DNA of 28,698 bases from Colwellia polaris (GTDB lineage Archaea > Nanohalarchaeota > Nanosalinia > Nanosalinales > Nanosalinaceae): NCBI GenBank assembly GCA_047617785.1, contig JBLGBK010000010.1, positions 1 to 28,698 on the forward strand. Direction: 5' to 3'. The notes below the pieces were generated by a model, which was given only the letters and a program-made list of their open reading frames with translations, had not been told where the DNA came from and ran no database searches. Position 1 is the first letter of the stretch. The number at the start of each line of letters is the position of its first letter. Made by a program: the position numbers and the translations under genes. Positions 1 to 9,402 of the stretch are shown piece after piece.

Positions 1-1
1 G

Positions 2-427
2 ATCGACGAGGAATCCAAAGAAGTCATCATCACAGACCGAGAATATCCGGAAGCAATCCTTACAGTCAAGGACTTTCTCAGACACTTCAACGACAAATAC
101 AACGTACAGGAAACAGTACTTGTCAACTTGATCGGACTGGAAGTTGACGAAGAGAAAGCAGCTGTACACAACAAGATTGAGACACAGCTAAGAGGATCTC
201 TTGGCCGCAAACTTGACAGACCTGAAGAACTTAGTCTCCACGTCAAGAAATCAGAGAAAGATGGCAAGAAACATCGACATGAGATTGTAGCCAAGCTTTA
301 CAGCGAATTTGGAATAACTACCTCAAATGTAGAAGAGTGGGAGCTGCTTGATGCAGTTGACACCGCTCTAGACGAGCTCAACACACAGATCCGGAAGAAG
401 AAGGAAAAGCAAGAGGAGAAACGTTAA
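2..427 (+). CDS. CBS-domain protein with C-terminal HPF/RaiA (S30AE)-like domain; 5' end outside window; putative ribosome hibernation factor
   Basis: Frame is open from base 2: IDEESKEVIITDREYPEAILTVKDFLRHF looks like a CBS C-terminal strand/helix. It continues into the 128..427 ORF with an HPF-like pattern (LSLHVKK...HEIVAKL...EEWELLDAVDTALDELNTQIRKKKEK). The ORF-track TTG at 128 is internal. Confidence 0.7.
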   Translation: MDEESKEVIITDREYPEAILTVKDFLRHFNDKYNVQETVLVNLIGLEVDEEKAAVHNKIETQLRGSLGRKLDRPEELSLHVKKSEKDGKKHRHEIVAKLYSEFGITTSNVEEWELLDAVDTALDELNTQIRKKKEKQEEKR

Positions 428-431
428 CGGG

Positions 432-797
432 TTAACCTCTATTCCCTAATTCTTCTTTCTCCATTTTATCTAATTTTTTATCCTGCGACACTCCAAATTT
501 GCTGATTAAGTTCTCAAATGACATCACTGTCCATATCATGTACACAAAGACAAATATCAGAGCTAGGTACAGTGGGAAGCGTGCTATGGCGTTTCCAAAC
601 CATAAAATATTGTACATTCCCCAGTACAGGACATAGATATTCAATACAAGTATTACAAGCATCAGTCTTCTTGAGAACTCCTTAACAATTTCCTGATCAG
701 TACGGCTATAAGCGCTGAAAACTAGTAGAAGACTGATTAATCCAATTGTAAAAGTTATAGAAGTACTTGTTGCAAGCATTAAAACGTCCTGTGGCAT
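432..797 (-). CDS. hypothetical membrane protein (~3 TM)
   Basis: 121-aa ORF with three hydrophobic segments and a charged tail; ATG start; downstream of the DUF389 gene. Confidence 0.7.
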   Translation of the reverse strand: MPQDVLMLATSTSITFTIGLISLLLVFSAYSRTDQEIVKEFSRRLMLVILVLNIYVLYWGMYNILWFGNAIARFPLYLALIFVFVYMIWTVMSFENLISKFGVSQDKKLDKMEKEELGNRG

Positions 798-832
798 ATA
801 GCCATGTTAATCAGCAGCTCGCTTAAATATGT

Positions 833-1996
833 TTAACCTGATTTAGCAAGTTCCACAACTCTAACCTTCTTTTCACCGTTAAAATTGCTTTCAAACTCGG
901 CGATATCATGATCTCCAGCAACTACAACAAGTATCTCATCTCTACGCACATCCGTCATAACTAGGTCCTCTCCGAAGTATTCCTCAGCTGTTTCAGTAAC
1001 CTGGTACTCAGAAATATATCCCTGATAACCTGTGTAAGTTGTATAGCCGATCTGGAAAGCGAATAAGGTAATCAGTATCATCGCTAGTGGTACAACAAAA
1101 TGAATTTTCTCCGCCTCCTTCTTCTTGTAATATGTAGACGGATGAAAACCAAGTAAACGGAATGTAAAGTAGCCTGATACAATTAATGCCAGTATATTTA
1201 TTACGGCTACTGTTGCTGCATTAGCCGCAAAACCAAAGTTAAGCATCTTTAAACCTATACCAACTGATGCAAGAGGCGGAACCAATGCAACAGCAACTGC
1301 AACTCCCGCAACCTGATCGCGCAGACCAGTTGTAAATGTTAAAGCTGCTGCTGATCCTACAAGAAGAGAAAGCAAAGTGCTGACAAGCCCTGGAGATACG
1401 ACTAGCTCCAGTGTCGAGTTAATCTGCACAGGGAACAATACAACGGCTAAAAATGCTACTATTACTGATATAAGAGCGCTTTCTGCGCCGTAGCGTAGAG
1501 AACTCTTCATCATAGTGCGATCTCCAACTACAAGAGAGAAAGCCCCGGAAACAAAAGGTGAAAGCATCGGTGCAAGCATCATAGCGCCGACAACCACAAT
1601 TATATTATCAAGAGCTAGCCCATAAGCTGCTATCGCAGAAGAAAGACCTACAAGCCCCCACTCAGATTTACTGAACTCTGCGGACTCCTGCGCCTTGCTG
1701 TATATTTCCTCCTGGGAAAGAGATTCTGCAGAACCTTTAGTTTTCTGACCTTTCTCGATAAGGCTCTCCTGCTCCATTACACGTATAGATAGATCGCCTG
1801 AAGCGATGGATTTGATTCCTTTCAATTCTTCAGTTATATCATCTAGTTCATCAGAATCTGCTGTTAGTGAGAACTCTATGGATTTCTCATCGTTCATTTC
1901 AGCTTTCTTAGAGCTGATATCATTACTGTGGTTGTCTAGTACCTCCTTCACTTTCTTCTTCTGATCAAATGGAGCAGTTACCTGTAGGTGGCGCAT
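833..1996 (-). CDS. TIGR00341 / DUF389 family membrane protein
   Basis: Motifs LSSAIAAYGLALDN..VVVGAMMLAP and VAGVAVAVALVPPL; N-terminal MRHLQVT ferredoxin-like soluble region; multiple TM segments. Confidence 0.85.
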   Translation of the reverse strand: MRHLQVTAPFDQKKKVKEVLDNHSNDISSKKAEMNDEKSIEFSLTADSDELDDITEELKGIKSIASGDLSIRVMEQESLIEKGQKTKGSAESLSQEEIYSKAQESAEFSKSEWGLVGLSSAIAAYGLALDNIIVVVGAMMLAPMLSPFVSGAFSLVVGDRTMMKSSLRYGAESALISVIVAFLAVVLFPVQINSTLELVVSPGLVSTLLSLLVGSAAALTFTTGLRDQVAGVAVAVALVPPLASVGIGLKMLNFGFAANAATVAVINILALIVSGYFTFRLLGFHPSTYYKKKEAEKIHFVVPLAMILITLFAFQIGYTTYTGYQGYISEYQVTETAEEYFGEDLVMTDVRRDEILVVVAGDHDIAEFESNFNGEKKVRVVELAKSG

Positions 1997-2058
1997 TCTC
2001 TAATGAACAAATGAGTGAAACCCGGATAAAAATAGAACGGAAAAAATTGAGATACCTG

Positions 2059-3852
2059 TTATACTGTTACATTCAGGACGCCCGACTCGTAAGCTGATAG
2101 AATCCGTCCAGCAAGATCTGACTGTTTGGTAATTGAGACTTCTCCTTTCTTACCGACAGTCGCTGCGAACAAGAACTCATCGTCACTATAAACATCCAAT
2201 TCCTGGCCGCTGAACTCTTTTCCAACGTCAATAACTACCGAGTTTCCACGTTCCTCGATATCACACCTGATTTCATCCTTGAAGGTGTTTCCGCGTGGCT
2301 CCACTGTAATGCTGAGACCGAGTTCATCTTCTAGAGCATCAATATTTTCTCCGCCAGCACCTATAATATGGGAGATATCTTCTTCATCAACTAGAAGCTT
2401 CACATGGTTATCTGAGATAAACTCGATTTCCGGATTGTTAACTCTGCCTTTAAGCTCATGCTTTAGTTGTTCACGCGCCAGTTCTTGTGCTCGTGACTCT
2501 TCCTTGGCTTCATCTACTGGCACAACTACTGTTTCCTCTCCGTATGTGTAGATCTCATACTCTGGCTTCTTCGAATCGAAGTCTCTGATCTCGATTACCG
2601 GTCGTGCAAGATCCTCTTCTGTCATCCCCGAAGGAACCTTGACACGCAGGCTTACATCGTATACTTTAGCAATATCTGCGTTTTGAATATGAATTACAGT
2701 ATCCACTACCTGTGGGATCATTCCAAGCTCAACTCGACCGATTAATCTCTGTACTGCGTCGACTGCCTGACTTGCGTGTACAATACCGATCATCCCTACT
2801 CCAGCCATACGCATATCGCTGTATACCTCGAAGTCAGAAGTCTTTCTCACTTCGTCAAATACTGTATAGTCTGGACGTGCGAGAAGCAGGAAGTCGCCGG
2901 TATTCTCCATAGAGTCCTCGAGGTCCTTGTACTGGGTTATTCCCGGACCAACGTCAAGGTCTCGTGGCTTCTCCATTGTCTTGACGACCTCTCCTTCACC
3001 TTCGTAGTATTCTGCCAGTGCCTGAGCGAATGTTGACTTTCCATGTCCGGGGGCTCCTGCGACGAGGATTCCTTCTGCCTCTGTCTTCAATCGAGTCATG
3101 AGTTCTTCGCTCATATCGTAGTCTTCAAGCCCTACTTTCGCTACAGGACGTACAGCAGTGATCTCTGCAGCTTCTGAAAAAGGAGGCCGAGTGATTGCAA
3201 TTCGGTATCTTCCTATCTGCAATACTGTTGCACCTTCTTTCTGCATCTCGATGAGTCCTTCATCGCTCATCTCGGCCTTTTCAATAGTCTCTGAAATCAA
3301 GCTTTCAATATCTTTTTTGCTTAATATTTCGCTTCGGATTTCCTGTAGCTCGAACTGCCCAGGCAGTCCTCTTTTGGCTTTCGGTACTGCACCCTGTTTG
3401 AGGTGGATGCTCATAGTTTCGTCATCGAAGTATTCTGTAAGTGAGAATTCTGTGACGCGTTCTTTCTCAAATAAGCGGTGTTTGATGCCTTTGGCATCTG
3501 CTACGCGTGCTTGTACAATATCTCCCGTGTAAAGCGTTGCGCCTTTTTCCTCTGCGATATCTCGGATTAGTGCGTCGATTCGGCCGTTGTTTGCTAGTCG
3601 GATTTCTTCTTCAGTTGGTTTACGGCCTGTAAACAGTATATTGAGGCTTTTTTCTTCTGCAAGCCTTCGAACTTTCTTTATTTCCTGTAGTCCTTTGTAC
3701 CCTGTTTCCTGTCCTTTGTTGGCTTGGTTCTCCAGTTCATCGACAACGAATTCCGGTATTATTACCTCTGCTTCTATCTCCCCCTGCTCCATCAGGTCTG
3801 AAAGTTTGCCGTCGATGAGAATTGAGGTGTCGGGTACAATTTTTTCTGTCAT
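2059..3852 (-). CDS. PINA-type PIN-domain P-loop ATPase with C-terminal KH domain (PINc/VapC family ATPase)
   Basis: N-terminal PIN (IVPDTSILIDG...VVDELE), Walker A GAPGHGKST, Walker B TVFDEVR, GRVELGMIPQVVDTV, and KH-like IIGAGGENI. Confidence 0.92.
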   Translation of the reverse strand: MTEKIVPDTSILIDGKLSDLMEQGEIEAEVIIPEFVVDELENQANKGQETGYKGLQEIKKVRRLAEEKSLNILFTGRKPTEEEIRLANNGRIDALIRDIAEEKGATLYTGDIVQARVADAKGIKHRLFEKERVTEFSLTEYFDDETMSIHLKQGAVPKAKRGLPGQFELQEIRSEILSKKDIESLISETIEKAEMSDEGLIEMQKEGATVLQIGRYRIAITRPPFSEAAEITAVRPVAKVGLEDYDMSEELMTRLKTEAEGILVAGAPGHGKSTFAQALAEYYEGEGEVVKTMEKPRDLDVGPGITQYKDLEDSMENTGDFLLLARPDYTVFDEVRKTSDFEVYSDMRMAGVGMIGIVHASQAVDAVQRLIGRVELGMIPQVVDTVIHIQNADIAKVYDVSLRVKVPSGMTEEDLARPVIEIRDFDSKKPEYEIYTYGEETVVVPVDEAKEESRAQELAREQLKHELKGRVNNPEIEFISDNHVKLLVDEEDISHIIGAGGENIDALEDELGLSITVEPRGNTFKDEIRCDIEERGNSVVIDVGKEFSGQELDVYSDDEFLFAATVGKKGEVSITKQSDLAGRILSAYESGVLNVTV

Positions 3853-3915
3853 TTTTTGTCTTCTATGGATGTTCTTTAGAGGTCAAGTTTTGAAAAACCG
3901 ACTGTTGCGTAGCCA

Positions 3916-4845
3916 TTAATCCGGGGTCATATATTCGTCTGCAAGAGAGCTGTCATCAAGGTATTCTGCGACCATATCCTCGTTTCCGGGTATGAAGTAC
4001 TGTTCTCCAGACATACCTGCTTCATCTAGATGAGTTATTACTTGAGCCTTCATCTCGGATGTAGCGTCCATACGCTGGTACTGGTTGCCTATCATATTGT
4101 AGGCGGCATTTCCGAAGGGTGTTAGTTCTCTATCACTTGGCTTACCTCTCATTAAAGCTATCCTGTCTTCATCTTCAGAAGGCATCCAGTCGTCCTTCCA
4201 GTTGTATAAGTTTCTACGTTTTATACTGGTTTCTTCTGCTATCTGTGGCAGGGATTTATTGGTTTCAGCCATCATTATGAAGCCGTACAGTTTTTCTCCC
4301 TGGTTTTCTCCTCTCTTGCTGAGACTGCTGAAAATGTTTCCTAGAACTTCTTCAGCTTCTTCATCGTCTTTACCATCTCCTATCTTGTTCATGAATCGGT
4401 AGGCTTCGTCTGTAAAGAATTCTCCTTCAGTTGTGATGTATTCTTCTCCGTTTTCTTCATAAGTGAGCCCTGCTTGTCGAAAGTCGTCGTACCATTGTTT
4501 GATTGTTCTAGGATCTGCACCGGTAATCAAGCCGGGAGGGACATCTCTTTCTACGGCTTTCAGCGCTCTTAATTCGTTATGGCCGTCATGTCTTCGTCCA
4601 CTGTTATTTCTTACAGCGCCATAGACGTTGTCCATTATTTCGGCGTCTATATCTCGAGCTACATTTTGTATAGTTGCTTCATGAGAGGGAATATCTATAT
4701 TATCAAGTTCTAGGTCGCCTTCAATGCTTATTTCACCTTCAAAATTGTTTCTGTCTGTTTGGAAGGTTCCGCCTTTGAATAGCCTGTCAAATCGTCCATT
4801 AATAGCGTCGATAAAGTTTTGGGCTCTGTCGGCAGATTCTCTCAT
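3916..4845 (-). CDS. acidic hypothetical protein with two putative (winged) HTH segments
   Basis: 309-aa ORF; DPRTIKQWYDDFRQAGL...ITTEG and KSLPQIAEETSIKRRNLYNWK...ELTPFG resemble wHTH recognition helices and wings. TATA-like TTATTTAA lies ~25-30 nt upstream (leaderless). Confidence 0.6.
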   Translation of the reverse strand: MRESADRAQNFIDAINGRFDRLFKGGTFQTDRNNFEGEISIEGDLELDNIDIPSHEATIQNVARDIDAEIMDNVYGAVRNNSGRRHDGHNELRALKAVERDVPPGLITGADPRTIKQWYDDFRQAGLTYEENGEEYITTEGEFFTDEAYRFMNKIGDGKDDEEAEEVLGNIFSSLSKRGENQGEKLYGFIMMAETNKSLPQIAEETSIKRRNLYNWKDDWMPSEDEDRIALMRGKPSDRELTPFGNAAYNMIGNQYQRMDATSEMKAQVITHLDEAGMSGEQYFIPGNEDMVAEYLDDSSLADEYMTPD

Positions 4846-4878
4846 ATCTAGGTGTGACGAGAGGGAGTATTAAATAAC

Positions 4879-4894
4879 TGCCGACATGTTGTGA
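4879..4894. promoter_or_regulatory. NrdR-box-like site (distal; next to promoter of divergent gene)
   Basis: TGCCGACATGTTGTGA. The reverse complement of 4881-4893 (CACAACATGTCGG) matches 4980-4992 (CACAACATGTAGG) at 12/13 positions. Confidence 0.55.
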
Positions 4895-4934
4895 CTAAGG
4901 AATAAACATTCTGGCTGTGTACACTTGTTCAACA

Positions 4935-4950
4935 CGGAAGAGTATATAAG
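4935..4950 (+). promoter_or_regulatory. archaeal BRE/TATA promoter of nrdR-nrdJ
   Basis: Purine-rich CGGAAGAG followed by TATATAAG (4943-4950), ~30 nt upstream of the first proximal NrdR box. Confidence 0.6.
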
Positions 4951-4978
4951 GGACGGGTTCCAATCAATTGGACAGAAA

Positions 4979-5026
4979 GCACAACATGTAGGGGGAGGGG
5001 GAACAGGTTCTCCCTATATATGCGGT
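4979..5026. promoter_or_regulatory. tandem NrdR boxes
   Basis: GCACAACATGTAGGGG (4979-4994) and TCCCTATATATGCGGT (5011-5026) resemble the consensus acaCwAtATaTwGtg. They are 32 bp apart, the canonical three-turn spacing, and lie directly upstream of nrdR-nrdJ. Confidence 0.75.
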
Positions 5027-5070
5027 ATAGTGCAATTGAAGATTTCAAAGAACAGAGGTAGTTATATCCA

Positions 5071-5514
5071 ATGAAATGCATCTACTGCGGACACGGAAAA
5101 ACCAAAGTCGTCGACACCAGAGATACAGCTCAGAAAACACGTCGACGAAGAGAATGCAAGAAATGCGGCCGCAGATTCACAACTTACGAAACAGCAGAAA
5201 CTTTCGACATACAAGTCGAGAAAAAAGACGGCGAAACAGAAGAATTCAAAGAAGAAAAAATCCGAGAAGGAATTGAAAAAGCCGTCAAAAACACACCAGT
5301 AACCGAAGACGGAATTGAAGAAATTGTCGAAGAAGTCAAGGAAGGAATTCGAGGACGAAAAAAAGTAACTGCTGACGAAATCGGAGAACTGGTGAAAGAA
5401 GCGCTTGTAGAACGAAACGAAGTTGCATACATCCGATTTGCCTCTGTCTACGAATCCTACGACGATATAGAAAGCTTTCAGAAAGAAGTCGAGGAACTGA
5501 AGAACAAAGCATAG
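5071..5514 (+). CDS. nrdR: transcriptional repressor NrdR (Zn ribbon + ATP cone)
   Basis: MKCIYCG..TKVVDTR...[17 protein letters not shown]; ATP cone VEKKDG..EEF; [10 protein letters not shown]; adjacent to an RNR gene. Confidence 0.96.
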   Translation: MKCIYCGHGKTKVVDTRDTAQKTRRRRECKKCGRRFTTYETAETFDIQVEKKDGETEEFKEEKIREGIEKAVKNTPVTEDGIEEIVEEVKEGIRGRKKVTADEIGELVKEALVERNEVAYIRFASVYESYDDIESFQKEVEELKNKA

Positions 5515-5549
5515 ACGCGAAAATCATAATTTCAACAGGTTGTATTACG

Positions 5550-8513
5550 ATGAAAAACGACATTCAACAAAAGGCAGACTTCAAACTGCCTGTCAAACGT
5601 TCAACTGGTGAAACAGTTGAGGAAAGACTCACAGAAAATGCCTACGAACGAATTCTACCGGCGCGATACCTACTCAAAGACCAAGACGGTAATGTAACAG
5701 AAACACCGGAAGAAATGTTCGAAAGAGTCGCAAAAAACGTTGCACAGCCAGACAAAGAATACGACGATGTGGATTTCGAAGACTCTTGGCAAGAGTTCAA
5801 AGACCTGATGTCCCATCAGAAGTTCATGCCTAACTCTCCAACACTGATGAATGCTGGAGCAGAACTGCAGCAGCTATCTGCTTGTTTTGTTGTTCACCCT
5901 GAAGACGATATGGATTCGATCTTCAATACTGTTCACGACGCTGCAAAAATCTTCCAGAGTGGAGGAGGAATGGGATATCCTTTCCACCTACTAAGACCAA
6001 AGGGAGACATCGTCTCAAGTACAGGAGGAGTAAGCTCTGGACCGATGAGCTTCCAGCAGGTCTTCGACACTATGTGCGGAACGATTAAGCAGGGAGGAAA
6101 GAGAAGAGGAGCACAGATGGGAATTATGAGAGTGGACCATCCTGACATCCTTCGCTTCATCACAGCAAAGAGAAAGGAAGGCAATCTCTCCAACTTCAAC
6201 ATCTCAGTAGGACTGACAGATGACTTCATGGAAGCAGTCAAAAACGACGAGGAATACACACTGATCAACCCTCGAACCGATGAACCGTTCGAAGTCGCAG
6301 AAATGACTGCACAGTTCTACAACAACGATGAAGAATGGCATCCGGAAGCCGCTGGATCAGACCAGGGCAAGGACGACAACTTCTGGAGAGATCATGCATC
6401 AACCTTCGGAGAAGAGATCGAAGAGTTCGACATCAATCTTCAACCTGGCGAAGAGATGACAATCCCCGCCCGATTCATCTGGGAATGCCTCGTAGACGGT
6501 GCGTGGAGAAACGGAGAACCAGGACTCTTCATGTACGACGAAACCAACGAAATGCATAGCTTCGACACAGAAAAACACCCAGAACACAGTATCGAAGCAA
6601 CAAACCCTTGTGGAGAACAGCCACTTGAAAACTACGAAGCCTGCAACCTTGGACACATCAACCTCTCACTCCTTGTAGAAGATCACGAAGATGGAACAGC
6701 ACTAAGCTTCCCAGAATGGAAACAGGCACACCAAAGCGACTACAACTTCAAAGACGAACAGGAACTGCAGGAAGCAGTAGAAGAATACCTGCAGGAAGCA
6801 CTCGACATGGAAGAGTTTGAATACGTCGCCAAGACAGGATTCAGATTCCTCGACAACGTAGTCACCATGTCCGACTTCCCACTGGAAGAGATCGAAGACA
6901 CAGTTACAGATCTCAGAAAGGTAGGACTAGGATTGATGGGATACGCACAGATGCTCATCCAGCTCGGAGTACGCTACGGAAGCGACGAATCAATAGCAAT
7001 CGCAGAAGAAATCCAGAGAATCATCACACGCTTCTCCATAGAAGAAAGTAACCGACTCGCTGAAGTACGAGGAGAGTTCCCAGAATGGGAGAAATCCAAG
7101 TGGGCAAACCCAACAGAGTACGCAGAATGGTTCGAACAGTACACAGGAGGCCTAGAACCTGAAGAATTCGAAGATGGTCTCAAGATGAGAAACCACAACA
7201 CAGTAACCATCGCACCAACCGGAACAACCTCCATGATTGGAAACACCTCCGGAGGATGCGAACCAATCTACAATCTTGCCTACTTCAAGAACGTCGCAAA
7301 GGACATCCAAGGAGAAGACATGCTCGTCGAATTCGACGATTACTTCATCAAAGCACTGGAAGCAAACGATGTAGACGTAGAAGAAGTCAAGAGAGCAGCC
7401 CAGGAGAAGATGGAGAACAACGAATGGGACGGAGTAGAATCCATTCCTGACGATGTTATCCCTGCCGACGTGAAGGAAATCTTCGCAACGGCAGATCAAG
7501 TAAGCCCTGATGAACACGTTGACATCCAGGCAGCATTCCAGAAATACAACCATAGCGGGATCAGTAAGACCTGCAACTTCCCTAACGAAGCAAGCAAAGA
7601 AGATGTCCGCGACGCATACATGAGAGCTTACGACAAAGGAGTCAAAGGCATGACAGTCTACAGAGACGGAACAAGAGACACACAGGTCATGCAGACCAAC
7701 AAGGAGAACACCTTGACTGATATGGACAAGGTTGACATGCTTTCCGAAGTCATCGAAGAGTTTGGCGGAGCAGAAAGCCTGCTTCAATCCAACGAATTCG
7801 AAGAAGTAGTAGGAGACACAGACCTTGAAGTACAGGAAGAACACGAAGAAATCCAAAGTAAAGAAGAACTTGAACAGGAAGTCACACAGGAAGGTATCCA
7901 AGCCGACTCGCAGGACGCAGGACAGCACACATCCATGGGTGACAACCAGAAAGGAATCAAAGAACGACCAAAGGTAGCACAAGGAACCACACAGGAAATA
8001 GAAACAGCCTACGGAGACCTGTTCGTAACCATCAATAACTCCGAGAACAACGGACCGTTCGAAGTATTCGCCAACCTCGGGAAATCAGGAGGTTACACAC
8101 AATCCTTCACACAGGCACTCGGTCGAATGACATCACTCGCACTACGCTCAGGTGCATCAGGGGAAGACGTCATCAAACAACTGGACGACATCCGAAGCCC
8201 ACAGATTGCATGGGACCAAGGAACACAGATCCACTCCGTACCTGACGCAATCGCAGAAGCAATGAAGCGGCACATGAAAGTAGAGAAAGGAAGCCAGCAG
8301 ACAGTCGACCAGTACGACGCACCAGCAGACACACAAACCAGCGTCGACGCACAGACACAACCAAAAACCCAAGAAGAACAAACCGCAGACAGGCAAGACG
8401 CAGCACAGATCATAGCCAACGGCGACAACCCAGAATGCCCTGAATGCGGAGGCATGCTAGTCCTCCAAGAGGGATGTAACAAGTGCCCTGAATGCGGATA
8501 CTCGAAATGTTAG
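5550..8513 (+). CDS. nrdJ: adenosylcobalamin-dependent (class II) ribonucleotide reductase with C-terminal TSCPD domain and Zn-ribbon/Cys tail
   Basis: [38 protein letters not shown] (thiyl Cys), [24 protein letters not shown]; TSCPD region IHSVPDAIA; tail [19 protein letters not shown]. No ATP cone and no intein seen. Confidence 0.95.
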   Translation: MKNDIQQKADFKLPVKRSTGETVEERLTENAYERILPARYLLKDQDGNVTETPEEMFERVAKNVAQPDKEYDDVDFEDSWQEFKDLMSHQKFMPNSPTLMNAGAELQQLSACFVVHPEDDMDSIFNTVHDAAKIFQSGGGMGYPFHLLRPKGDIVSSTGGVSSGPMSFQQVFDTMCGTIKQGGKRRGAQMGIMRVDHPDILRFITAKRKEGNLSNFNISVGLTDDFMEAVKNDEEYTLINPRTDEPFEVAEMTAQFYNNDEEWHPEAAGSDQGKDDNFWRDHASTFGEEIEEFDINLQPGEEMTIPARFIWECLVDGAWRNGEPGLFMYDETNEMHSFDTEKHPEHSIEATNPCGEQPLENYEACNLGHINLSLLVEDHEDGTALSFPEWKQAHQSDYNFKDEQELQEAVEEYLQEALDMEEFEYVAKTGFRFLDNVVTMSDFPLEEIEDTVTDLRKVGLGLMGYAQMLIQLGVRYGSDESIAIAEEIQRIITRFSIEESNRLAEVRGEFPEWEKSKWANPTEYAEWFEQYTGGLEPEEFEDGLKMRNHNTVTIAPTGTTSMIGNTSGGCEPIYNLAYFKNVAKDIQGEDMLVEFDDYFIKALEANDVDVEEVKRAAQEKMENNEWDGVESIPDDVIPADVKEIFATADQVSPDEHVDIQAAFQKYNHSGISKTCNFPNEASKEDVRDAYMRAYDKGVKGMTVYRDGTRDTQVMQTNKENTLTDMDKVDMLSEVIEEFGGAESLLQSNEFEEVVGDTDLEVQEEHEEIQSKEELEQEVTQEGIQADSQDAGQHTSMGDNQKGIKERPKVAQGTTQEIETAYGDLFVTINNSENNGPFEVFANLGKSGGYTQSFTQALGRMTSLALRSGASGEDVIKQLDDIRSPQIAWDQGTQIHSVPDAIAEAMKRHMKVEKGSQQTVDQYDAPADTQTSVDAQTQPKTQEEQTADRQDAAQIIANGDNPECPECGGMLVLQEGCNKCPECGYSKC

Positions 8514-8545
8514 GAGGAAACTCCTAATCTACTTTTTCCTTTCTT
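8510..8545 (+). terminator. hairpin + pyrimidine tract terminator after nrdJ
   Basis: TTAGGAG-GAAA-CTCCTAA (8510-8527) overlaps the stop codon and is followed by TCTACTTTTTCCTTTCTT. Confidence 0.65.
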
Positions 8546-8679
8546 ATTGAGAGTTTAACTTCATTCTTTTTCTCTATTCTATAAATTTATCAGTTGGAAC
8601 CTTGTTTCAGAATACGAGATATCTATTTCTGCTCTTAGAAGTTTCATGATTTTTCGCGCTTTATTTTGAATGTAGGTAG

Positions 8680-9198
8680 TTAGTTCAATGCTGATCTCTT
8701 TTTAAATGGTACATCTAGTGTTATTGGCCCGCTTCCAAAATGAAGTTGTCCTTCAATCTCTAAGTGAGACTTTTCTCCTTTCAATTTGTTTGAAAGAACA
8801 TCTACACCACCTATTGCGAATCCGGTTATATCTGCGTTTACTCTATCTCTTATTTGTCTTTTTCCTTTGGCTGGAATTACAGTGCTTTCTTGCATGCTGC
8901 CTTCAGTTATTTTTTCTCCATTAATATACGCTTTATAACTGATTCTGTCCAAGTTCGCAGGATAGGGGTTAGGATTCTCTACAGGTATCTTAAACACAAA
9001 TATTAGCCCTTGGGCTCCAATATCAATGTCTTCTAAACTAGGTTCTCCTACTTCCAAAGGTTGAATGACTCCTGAGGCGAACTGTCCGGTTATTCCTGTT
9101 ATATTCAGTAGTTGAGGCAATTTAGGCACCATTATAAAGCTAAAAATGATTATAGCTCCGCTAATCGCTATAAGTCGACCTAATCTCTTTTTGTTAAT
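8680..9198 (-). CDS. LEA type 2 (LEA_2/WHy) family protein with N-terminal membrane anchor; probable ATT start
   Basis: VENPNPYP..LDRISYKAYING...G...IPAKG...IEGQLHF..G..LDVPF fits LEA_2. The frame extends upstream of the 9132 ATG to ATT at 9198, adding NKKRLGRLIAISGAIIIFSFI, with AGGAG 7 nt before the ATT. Confidence 0.8.
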   Translation of the reverse strand: MNKKRLGRLIAISGAIIIFSFIMVPKLPQLLNITGITGQFASGVIQPLEVGEPSLEDIDIGAQGLIFVFKIPVENPNPYPANLDRISYKAYINGEKITEGSMQESTVIPAKGKRQIRDRVNADITGFAIGGVDVLSNKLKGEKSHLEIEGQLHFGSGPITLDVPFKKRSALN

Positions 9199-9402
9199 TT
9201 AATCTCTCCTCTAAATCTCTATAACTGGTAAAAATTAAATAACTGGCTTTTAAATATACTTTTCGAACTTGTGCTGCTAACTTGCTTGCGTAAAAAATTC
9301 TTCTTTTCTTCATTTCATTTCTCTCATGTCTATTAGTCTGGCGATTAGTCATGTTAGTTTTTCCACCCGAAAGTAGTTCTCTGTTTAGAAAAGTCGTGAA
9401 AA

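Noticed and set aside
7152-7982. 276-aa antisense ORF and other antisense ORFs inside nrdJ, PINA, ychF, hisS and the ABC genes
   Set aside because: Shadow ORFs caused by the codon bias of strong sense genes; their S/F/L-rich translations have no family motifs.
8436-8498. Exact 15-bp repeat TGCCCTGAATGCGGA (8436-8450 and 8484-8498)
   Set aside because: It encodes the two CPECG knuckles of the NrdJ Zn ribbon, so protein constraint and codon preference explain it.
5550-8513. Possible intein in the long NrdJ
   Set aside because: No C/S...HN-C/S/T splice junctions or LAGLIDADG motifs. The extra length is explained by acidic insertions, the linker and the TSCPD domain.
5071-8513. A-rich, T-poor composition of nrdR-nrdJ as a marker of recent transfer
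   Set aside because: The same bias appears in rpl40e and the GbsR gene, so composition alone does not show foreign origin.
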